Shown here: one piece after another, positions 56,884 to 64,000 of the stretch | How the letters are laid out: each line of letters starts with the position of its first letter | Position numbering within the stretch: position 1 is the stretch's first letter | Origin: an uncultured virus (IMG/VR IMGVR_UViG_2791355422_000001) | Taxonomy: Duplodnaviria; Heunggongvirae; Uroviricota; Caudoviricetes | Direction: 5' to 3' (one strand) | Virus record (IMG/VR): IMGVR_UViG_2791355422_000001 | DNA length: 64,000 nt | Notes under the pieces: generated by a model | Database searches by the model: none | What the model saw: the letters and a program-made list of their open reading frames with translations, nothing else | What the model was told of the DNA's origin: nothing | Program-made: the position numbers and the translations under genes

Positions 56884-57552
56884 ATGCCAGAGGGTATATG
56901 CAGCGAGCCCGATTGTGCGAGGCGAGCCAAGAGGCGCGGGCTCTGCCGGGCGCATTCTCCGAGCGCTCGACCTTGCCGGGTGGATGGGTGTGAGCGCGTA
57001 GTAGACAGCCACAACCTCTGCCCGATGCACGTTCAACGCTGGCGCCTGACAGGCGACCCGGGTGAAGCAGAGTCTCGACACCGCCCGAACGGTGCGGGGC
57101 ACGTCCGCCCTGATGGATACATAGTCACGCGCAACCGAAGCCACCCTTTGGCGGGTTCCCGAGGCTATGTCTACGTCCACAGGGCGGCCCTGTACGACCG
57201 GATCGGACCCGGGCGCCACGCATGCCACTGGTGTGGAGCCTCCGTCGAGTGGGGCGCCGCTGGCGCACCCCTCACCGCCGACCACCTTGACTGGGACCGA
57301 CGAAACAACACACCCGAAAACCTCGTGCCCAGCTGCCTGGCGTGCAACTCGAAGCGATACGAGACGCGCACCGATAGGGGTGAAGAGAATCCCACGGCCA
57401 AGCTGACCGAGCCTGAGGTGCACGCCATACGCGAATCGAGTGAGTACTGCCGGGTGCTAGCCGATCGATACCACGTGAGCGAGTCCCTCATCATCGCGAT
57501 CAAGGCCGGGAAGGTCTGGGGCTGGCTTGAGCCCCGTTCTGAAGTCGCGTAG
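56884..57552 (+). CDS. HNH homing endonuclease
   Basis: YVYVHR..CHWC..DHLD..NN.PENL..C..CN; GE.NP.AKLT tail. Confidence 0.85.
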   Translation: MPEGICSEPDCARRAKRRGLCRAHSPSARPCRVDGCERVVDSHNLCPMHVQRWRLTGDPGEAESRHRPNGAGHVRPDGYIVTRNRSHPLAGSRGYVYVHRAALYDRIGPGRHACHWCGASVEWGAAGAPLTADHLDWDRRNNTPENLVPSCLACNSKRYETRTDRGEENPTAKLTEPEVHAIRESSEYCRVLADRYHVSESLIIAIKAGKVWGWLEPRSEVA

Positions 57553-57589
57553 TTCGCGGCGGGCGTGACCCAAGGTTCCGGAGGTGGGC

Positions 57590-57805
57590 ATGCCCGCGTA
57601 CCTGATCGTTCACGCCGACCGGCGCGGCGACGACCCCCTCATCGAGGACGAGAACCTCACCGTCGAGTTCGACGCCCACTGGGTAACCTTCTCCGACGCG
57701 GCCGGACCCTGCTTCGTCGCACCACGCGAGGGGATTCGCGCCGTCGTCCGGGTAGACCCTGAAGAGGACCCCCTGCACGAAGGGCCCGCGCCGCAGAAGG
57801 AGTGA
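57590..57805 (+). CDS. Hypothetical protein
   Basis: GGAGG RBS. Confidence 0.6.
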   Translation: MPAYLIVHADRRGDDPLIEDENLTVEFDAHWVTFSDAAGPCFVAPREGIRAVVRVDPEEDPLHEGPAPQKE

Positions 57806-57811
57806 TCCACT

Positions 57812-58063
57812 GTGGCCAGCAAGGGCCGAAGCAGCAGGAAGAACCGGGGCAACGCCGCAACCCTCCGTCGATATTGGGAGTCGGGCCCAGGCGCAGCGCG
57901 CGTGCGCTGGGGCCAACCCGGGGATTGGTCGCGCTGCGTCAGGCAGGTCAGTCGTTTTATGGGAGGTCGGGCGAAGGGATACTGCCAGCTCAGGCACATT
58001 GCGGCCACGGGCACCACCACGAGCGCTCACGCCAAGGCCCTGCGCGGAGGACGTCGTGGCTGA
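57812..58063 (+). CDS. Small basic phage protein
   Basis: LRRYW..GAARVRWG.PGDW.RC..AKGYC..H. Confidence 0.65.
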   Translation: MASKGRSSRKNRGNAATLRRYWESGPGAARVRWGQPGDWSRCVRQVSRFMGGRAKGYCQLRHIAATGTTTSAHAKALRGGRRG

Positions 58064-58358
58064 CTACACGCTCGGCGCCAACGACTGGGGCGTCCACGGC
58101 ATCACCCTCGTAGCCAACCAGGTCGACACCGTTCAGTTCGCCGACGACGTCGACGAGATCGAGATCCTCAGCCACGACGGGGCAGCACCGATCTACTTCA
58201 CCGTCGACGGCACCGCACCTGCAGTAGAGGGTCGCGGCTCCCGCGTTCTCCCTGCGGCCATCAGCTCGGCCATGATCGAACCGCCCACCTCCGGCCCCAC
58301 CGTCGTGAAGGTCGTCTCCGCAGGCACCCCGAAGATCTCGGTGATGAGGACGTCATGA
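58056..58358 (+). CDS. Beta-rich hypothetical protein
   Basis: GGAGG + GTG. Confidence 0.65.
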   Translation: MADYTLGANDWGVHGITLVANQVDTVQFADDVDEIEILSHDGAAPIYFTVDGTAPAVEGRGSRVLPAAISSAMIEPPTSGPTVVKVVSAGTPKISVMRTS

Positions 58359-59389
58359 AGCGCGCGATCTTCACCCCGAAGGTGCCCGACGCCGAGACCG
58401 ACGCCATGGTCAAAACCATCGCGTCGTCCGCGCTCGCCGGCAACGAGGAGATCGCCGCCAGCCTCGCCGCGCAGAAGGCGGCGCAGGATGCGCGCGACGC
58501 CGAGATGGCCACACACATCGCCACGCTCGCCGACATCGCCTCCCAGCTCAAACCGATCCAGGTCAACGCTGAGATTGAACATGCCAGGCTCCAGGCGCTC
58601 ATCGACCAGGCCGCGACGGAGATCGCGGCGCTGCGGCCCCTCATCGCCGAAGCCCAAGCCGACGCCGACTCCGCAGGCGTCCAAGCGCAAGCCGCCCACG
58701 ACAAGGCCAGCACGGCCCTCGGTGCAGCGCAGGACGCGGCCACCCTCGCCCAACAGGCCAGCACCACCGCCACGCAGGCCCTCTCGCAGTCCGACCAAGC
58801 ACAGAGCGCAGCAGCCCAAGCAGGCAGTGACGCGGCCACGACGAAGACAGCGGCGGCATCCGCACAGACGACCGCGGGTCAAGCGGCAACAGACGCCGCC
58901 ACCGCCAAGACCACAGCCACCGCCGCGCAGACCGCGGCCCAGACGGCCACCACCAAGGCGGACGCGGCGAAGACGACAGCCGACCAAGCCGCAGCCACCG
59001 CAAGCGCAGCCCAGGCAGCCGCCACTACCGCCGGCACCAAGGGCGACCAGGCGAACGCCGCCGCAACAGCCGTTGCCAGCAGGGCGACAGCACTAGAGGC
59101 AGACGTTGCAGCTCTCAAGGCCAAGACGGTCACGCTGAGGCAAGCAGTCCCGACACTGCCGCTCATCGCCCTCGGAGCCAGCTACGACCAGACCATCACC
59201 TGGTCGACACCGATGCCGAACGCGACCTACGACGTCGACATCGCGCAGAGCGCAGGACTGATCGGCAAAGCCACAGCCAAGGTCAAGGCGGGGACCCAGA
59301 CGGCGGCCGGCCTCACGGTCACCGTCACCGCGACCGTCCTCGTCGCGGCAGGCCAGACCTTGGACGTCACCGCCTACCGGTACGGGTGA
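58355..59389 (+). CDS. Ala-rich coiled-coil fibre-like protein
   Basis: Heptad A-x-T-T-A repeats, C-terminal beta domain. Confidence 0.75.
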   Translation: MKRAIFTPKVPDAETDAMVKTIASSALAGNEEIAASLAAQKAAQDARDAEMATHIATLADIASQLKPIQVNAEIEHARLQALIDQAATEIAALRPLIAEAQADADSAGVQAQAAHDKASTALGAAQDAATLAQQASTTATQALSQSDQAQSAAAQAGSDAATTKTAAASAQTTAGQAATDAATAKTTATAAQTAAQTATTKADAAKTTADQAAATASAAQAAATTAGTKGDQANAAATAVASRATALEADVAALKAKTVTLRQAVPTLPLIALGASYDQTITWSTPMPNATYDVDIAQSAGLIGKATAKVKAGTQTAAGLTVTVTATVLVAAGQTLDVTAYRYG

Positions 59390-59877
59390 GGGGCACCATG
59401 CGGGCGCCCGGCATGGCGGCACCCACCTGACGCCTCAGGGTGGGAGGCAGGCAGGGCAGCGGCACGGGCGAGGCGCGCATGCCGAGCACTGCATGGCGAT
59501 GCGATGCCGATCGCGCGAGAGTGATCAGTTGTTCGTCGCCGAAGTGATCAATCATTGAGTCGATGAAGATCGATGACGAAGATCGGTTGAGGTCAGGACC
59601 TTCCGGCCGTCGCGGCCTCGTCGATCACACCCGCAAGGTCACCGCGACTACCGCTGCGATCACCGGAGCGAGCCAGCCGATCTCGGCCGCCGGCCCAACG
59701 GTGATCGCTCCGGGTGGGGGATCTTCCCCCCGGGCGATCTTCAGGGATCGGGGCCGTATACGCGCTGAGGTCGGGGACGGGTCTGGGGGATCCGTGACCT
59801 GCGGTTATGTGCTGGTGGTCTAGACCATCACGTCGCGTCACCTCCTTGGGTATGGCATATCTGTGCAGGTCAAAGGC

Positions 59878-59913
59878 TTGTAGCCTACACGCCGCAGCCG
59901 CTATGATGGCATC
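59878..59913 (+). promoter_or_regulatory. Leaderless promoter
   Basis: TTGTAG-18nt-TATGAT, 6 nt before ATG 59914. Confidence 0.55.
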
Positions 59914-60522
59914 ATGCCAAGCCCACCCTGTGTCGTCTGCGCCGGTCCCCTCCCGGTGATTCACCGGTCGGACCGGCGGCACTGCTCGCGGTCATGCGAG
60001 GCGAAGGCATACAGGGCACGTCGCCGCCAGCGGGCTGACGTCGACCCGATCCCCTTTGACCTGCGAGTCCGTGACCGTTGGGTGCGATGGAACGAGCGCA
60101 AGGTTCCGCTGCGCACAGACGCCAAGTTCGCCTCTGTCACCGACCCTTCATCGTGGTCGGACTACGGGGCGGCAGTACGAAGCCAGGCCGGTGTGGGGAT
60201 CGGCTACGTCCTGGCAGTCGCCGACGGCATCCTCTGCATAGACCTCGACCACGTCCTGGCCGCAGACGGAACGCTCGAACCGTGGGCAGCAGACCTCCTC
60301 GCCCGCCTGCCGGATACGTTCATCGAGGTGAGCCACTCAGGAGCCGGGCTGCACATCTGGGGCCGCGGCAACCTCAGGGGCGGCCGCCGAATCCCAATGT
60401 CGAACGGTAGCGGCCTCGAGGTGTACGGCGACCGCAGGTACATCGCCATGACCGGCAAGGTGTGGCGCAACTCCCCAAGCCTGCTGGCCGATCTGTCCGA
60501 ACTGCTCCCAGCGCTGATCTAG
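59914..60522 (+). CDS. Stand-alone primase-polymerase (NrS-1-like) domain with N-terminal Zn finger
   Basis: CVVC..CSRSC; IDLDH, EVSHSGAGLHIW, LEVY..RYIAMTG. Confidence 0.8.
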   Translation: MPSPPCVVCAGPLPVIHRSDRRHCSRSCEAKAYRARRRQRADVDPIPFDLRVRDRWVRWNERKVPLRTDAKFASVTDPSSWSDYGAAVRSQAGVGIGYVLAVADGILCIDLDHVLAADGTLEPWAADLLARLPDTFIEVSHSGAGLHIWGRGNLRGGRRIPMSNGSGLEVYGDRRYIAMTGKVWRNSPSLLADLSELLPALI

Positions 60523-60543
60523 TGCTGAAGGGGGGTGACGGCC

Positions 60544-61026
60544 ATGGCAGGCCGAGGCCCCCAGCCGAAGGATCCATCCCGGCGCGCCCGAGGGAACAAG
60601 GACCCCATCGCTCAGACCGTTCTGCGCTTCGAGCAGGCGGAGCCCCCAGATCTGCCGACGCTGTCGGTGATGAAGGACGGCGAGCTCGTCGAGTACGCCT
60701 GGCCAGAGCGGACGCTGGACTGGTGGGAGATGTGGAAGGCCTCCCCGCAGGCCGAGCACTTCTCCTCGACCGACTGGGACTTCCTCCTGGACACGGCGGT
60801 CGTGCACGCCCGGCTCTGGTCCGGAGAGATGTCAGCAGCCGGCGAACTGCGGCTGCGCGTTGCCAAGTTCGGCGCGACCCCCGAGGACCGTGCCCGCCTG
60901 CGGATGCAGTTCGCACAGGCCGACGAGGCGGATAGTAAGCGGCCTGAGGGCAGTCGCTCGGCGCGGGAGCGGCGAGGAACCCTGCATGCGCTTCCGCCGC
61001 CGGAAGCATCTGGGGGCGAAAGCTGA
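60544..61026 (+). CDS. Terminase small subunit
   Basis: MAGRGPQPK..WW..W..S..ELRLRVAKFGATPEDRARLR. Confidence 0.85.
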   Translation: MAGRGPQPKDPSRRARGNKDPIAQTVLRFEQAEPPDLPTLSVMKDGELVEYAWPERTLDWWEMWKASPQAEHFSSTDWDFLLDTAVVHARLWSGEMSAAGELRLRVAKFGATPEDRARLRMQFAQADEADSKRPEGSRSARERRGTLHALPPPEASGGES

Positions 61027-61057
61027 TAGGCCATCAAGGCCGGTCACTGCCAGTGGA

Positions 61058-61288
61058 TTTGAGGCGTTCTCCCATGAAGAGATCTTCGTTTGAGATGGTT
61101 GGGTTTGCGGGATCTGTGATGGCATCGTCGATGAGGCTCTGAAGTGGCCCGACGCGTTGAGCCCGAGCCTGGATCACGTCATCCCCTTGTCGCGGGGAGG
61201 CTCGCACCGCCGTGACAACGTTCAGCTTGCACACTTGCGCTGCAACCTGCGCAAGAATAATCGATTCGAGGTAGCCGAAGGGGGGTGA
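61058..61288 (+). pseudogene. Degenerate HNH endonuclease
   Basis: EIFV*DGWVCGIC..SLDHVIPLSRGG.H..NVQLAH..CN..K; TGA at 61091, no 5' end. Confidence 0.75.
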
Positions 61289-62931
61289 TTCCCATCCCCT
61301 GGAAGCCCAGCCAGCCAGGCGAGGTGCCAACGCTCGGGTTCGATGTCATCGACTGGATCTCGGACATGTTGGCGGCCCCAGACCGCGGCGACTACGAACC
61401 CTTTCTGCTGTACCCGGAGCAAGAGGACTTCGTCCTCCGCTACTACGAGATCAATCCACGCACGGGCAAGCGCCGCTTCCGTCGAGGCGTGATCTCACGC
61501 CCTCGGGGATGGGGTTGACGCAAGTCACCTTTCCTCGCAGCCCTGGCGATTGTAGAAGCGCTAGGCCCCGTGGTGCCAGACGGGTGGACGTCAGACGGTC
61601 AGCCAGTTGGGAAGCCGTGGTCCCACGTCCGGACGCCACTGGTACAGATCGCGGCTGTCAGTGAGACGCAGACCAAGAACACATGGGCCCCTCTACTGGA
61701 AATGCTCCAAGGGCCCGTACTGGAGGAGTACCCGGGCCTTGAGCCGATGGATACCTTCGTCGCGCTCCCGCGGGGGAGGATCGAGCCGATCACCTCGTCG
61801 GCTCGAACGGTGAAGGGCAACAAGCCGGTCTTCGCGGTGCTGGATCAGACCGAGGAGTGGGTGCGGTCGAACCGCGGGAACCGGCTGGCGGAGACGATGC
61901 GTATCAACGCCGCGAAGGTGGGCGGTACGACTATCGAGTCTCCGAACGCCTTCATCCCCGGCGAGGGTTCGGTGGCGGAGGAGTCTGCGGCATTCTGGGC
62001 GAAGATCCGCGAGGGTCGGGCCCGGGATGACGGTCTGTACTACGACCATCGCGAGGCCCCGCCCGAGACTGACATGACAGACCGGGATTCGCTGCTCTCA
62101 GGACTGTCGTACACCTATGGCGACTCGGCCGACCGCAACGGCGGCCACGTCGACCTGGACACGCTGGTCGCCACAATCTGGGACCCCAGCACGGACCCGC
62201 AGACGGCGCGAGCAGACTTCCTGAATCAGATCACGCACGCGTCCGACTCGTGGATCTCGCAGCCCGAGTGGGCTGGGGTTGCTGCGACGGACAAGGTCGT
62301 CGGGCGGGGCGAGGAGATCGTTCTTGGTTTCGACGGGTCACGGCGCCGGAATCGCGGCGTGACCGATGCGACCGCGCTGGTCGGCTGCCGCGTCTCGGAC
62401 GGCCACCTGTTCCTGGTCGGCTGCTGGGAGCAGCCGGACGGGCCGTTCGGGCAGGACTGGCAGGTTCCCACGGTTGAGGTGCTCGCCACGGTGGAGGACG
62501 CGTTTCGCGAGTACAAGGTCGTCGGCATGTATGCGGACCCGGCCAGATGGGAGTCCCATGTGGCGAAGTGGGAGGCCGACCACGGCCGTCGGCTGAAGCT
62601 GAAGGCGTCGGTGCAGCATCCGATCGAGTGGTGGATGACGGGCGGCCGGTCGCATCAGATTGTGCGCGCCCTGGAGAAGTTCCGCTCAAGTGTCGTTGAC
62701 GGTGAGCTGTCCCATGACGGTTCGAGCGTGCTGACGAGGCACATCCTCAATGCGCGCCGACGCGAGTCGCGCAGCGGCATCCAGATCATGAAAGAGCACC
62801 CCGACAGCCCGAAGAAGATCGACGCGGCCATTGCCGCTGTGCTCGCCTGGCAGTGCCGCGTGGATGCGATGGCCAAGGGGCTTGGACGCAAGAAGACGGG
62901 CAAGCCGGGACGGGTGGTGGTGCTGCGGTGA
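61285..62931 (+). pseudogene. Terminase large subunit with in-frame TGA at 61516-61518
   Basis: One frame: ..SRPRGWG*RKSPFL..; later LGFDGS, KIDAAIA. Confidence 0.85.
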
Positions 62932-64000
62932 CCATCTCCATCCCTGAACTCCCGCTGCTGACGCTGTCGGATGACGAGCTCGCCCTGATCAACCTGTTGC
63001 GCGCGGACATGCTGCGGGACCGGTGGGCGCTGCAGTTGCGGGACGCCTACTTCAACGGCGAGCAGCTGGTCCGTGACCTCGGTATCAGTATTCCGCCGCA
63101 GCTCAAGGGTCTGCACACGGTGATCGGCTGGCCGCGTGTCGGTGTCGAGTCGCTGGAGGAGCGCCTCGACTTGGAGGCGTTCCGCTGGGCTGACGGTTCG
63201 GATTCGGCGGAGCTGGCTGAGATCGCCGAGGCCAACGACCTATTCGACGAGTCGAGCCTGGCCCACTTGGATGCGCTGGTGTACGGCCGCGAGTATCTGG
63301 CGGTCGGCTCCGGTGACTGTGGCGACGACTGTCCGCCGTTGATCTCGGCGGAGTCGCCGTTGGACATGACGCTGATGTGGGATGCCCGTCTGCGGATGGG
63401 CACGGCGGCGCTGCGGGAGTGCGCGGCGGACAACTTCATCGAGTCGGGTCCGGATGAGCGGATGCTGGTGCTGTATCTGCCGGATCAGACGGTGATGTGC
63501 CTGCCGTCGGAGTCGGGCGGGTGGGAGGTCGTCGACCGGGACATCCACCAGCTGGGCGTGGTGCCGGTCGTGCGGATGGCGAACCGGCAGCGCACCGCGG
63601 ACCGGGTCGGCAAGTCCGAGATCACGCCCGAGGTCATGTCCATCACGGATGCCGCCTGTCGGCGCCTGATGGGCATGGAGGTGGCGGCGGAGTTCTTCGG
63701 CGCCCCGCAGCGCTACATTCTCGGTGCGTCGGAGTCGGCGTTCCAGGATGCCGAGGGCAATCCGCTGGATGCGTGGGCGACGTACATCGGCCGCATGCTG
63801 GGCCTGGAGCGCGACGAGGATGGCAACATCCCGACCGTCGGTCAGTTCGCGGCGCATGACCCGACGGGCATGACGAAGATCATCGACCTGTACGCGCGGA
63901 TCATGTCGTCGCAGTTCGGGCTGCCGCCGCACATGCTCGGCTATACGACCGACAACCCGGCGTCGGCGGACGCGATCCGGAGCACTGAGGCGAAGCTGGT
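62928..64000 (+). CDS. Portal protein (SPP1 gp6-like), partial
   Basis: GWP..V..L.ERL, GVVPVV..NR..GKSEI, NPASADAIR; GTGA-coupled to terminase. Confidence 0.9.
   Translation, partial: MTISIPELPLLTLSDDELALINLLRADMLRDRWALQLRDAYFNGEQLVRDLGISIPPQLKGLHTVIGWPRVGVESLEERLDLEAFRWADGSDSAELAEIAEANDLFDESSLAHLDALVYGREYLAVGSGDCGDDCPPLISAESPLDMTLMWDARLRMGTAALRECAADNFIESGPDERMLVLYLPDQTVMCLPSESGGWEVVDRDIHQLGVVPVVRMANRQRTADRVGKSEITPEVMSITDAACRRLMGMEVAAEFFGAPQRYILGASESAFQDAEGNPLDAWATYIGRMLGLERDEDGNIPTVGQFAAHDPTGMTKIIDLYARIMSSQFGLPPHMLGYTTDNPASADAIRSTEAKL

Larger units (their letters stand above)
1..64000. mobile_element. Temperate prophage (both ends outside window)
   Basis: Integrase, repressor/Cro, antirepressor, replication genes, terminase and portal in canonical order; att sites not visible. 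Confidence 0.95.

Noticed and set aside
61091..61518. Genome-wide TGA reassignment
   Set aside because: TGA is the normal stop for most genes here; read-through would still leave two extra residues in Walker A
1..64000. tRNA/rRNA genes and att sites
   Set aside because: None recognisable by eye; att should lie beyond the integrase stop, outside the window

Overview
High-GC actinomycete (Streptomyces-like) DNA; the whole window is one temperate prophage. Order: tyrosine integrase and repressor/Cro switch (1-4.1 kb); an early/replication operon (PAPS-reductase-like protein, sliding clamp, resolvase, PD-(D/E)XK nuclease, primase-helicase, iteron array, WhiB-LuxR fusion; 4-24 kb); a ~22.6 kb accessory block bracketed by two paralogous Cys-rich genes; then a late region with duplicated structural-type cassettes, glycosylation genes, HNH nucleases, terminase and a partial portal (47-64 kb). 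The accessory block holds a putative toxin-antitoxin pair, a TGT-like Zn protein, a peptide+kinase cassette, a secreted NucA/NucB nuclease with a likely immunity gene, and a Streptomyces plasmid-type transfer module (GntR/Kor, KilB-like, Spd-like, FtsK-like TraB, clt-like repeats). Main leads: a phage carrying TraB conjugation machinery; a GIY-YIG-type nuclease fused to a second copy of the TraB C-terminal DNA-binding domain; and a large terminase interrupted by an in-frame TGA in its Walker A motif. Family calls come from motif recognition by eye; no database search was run.
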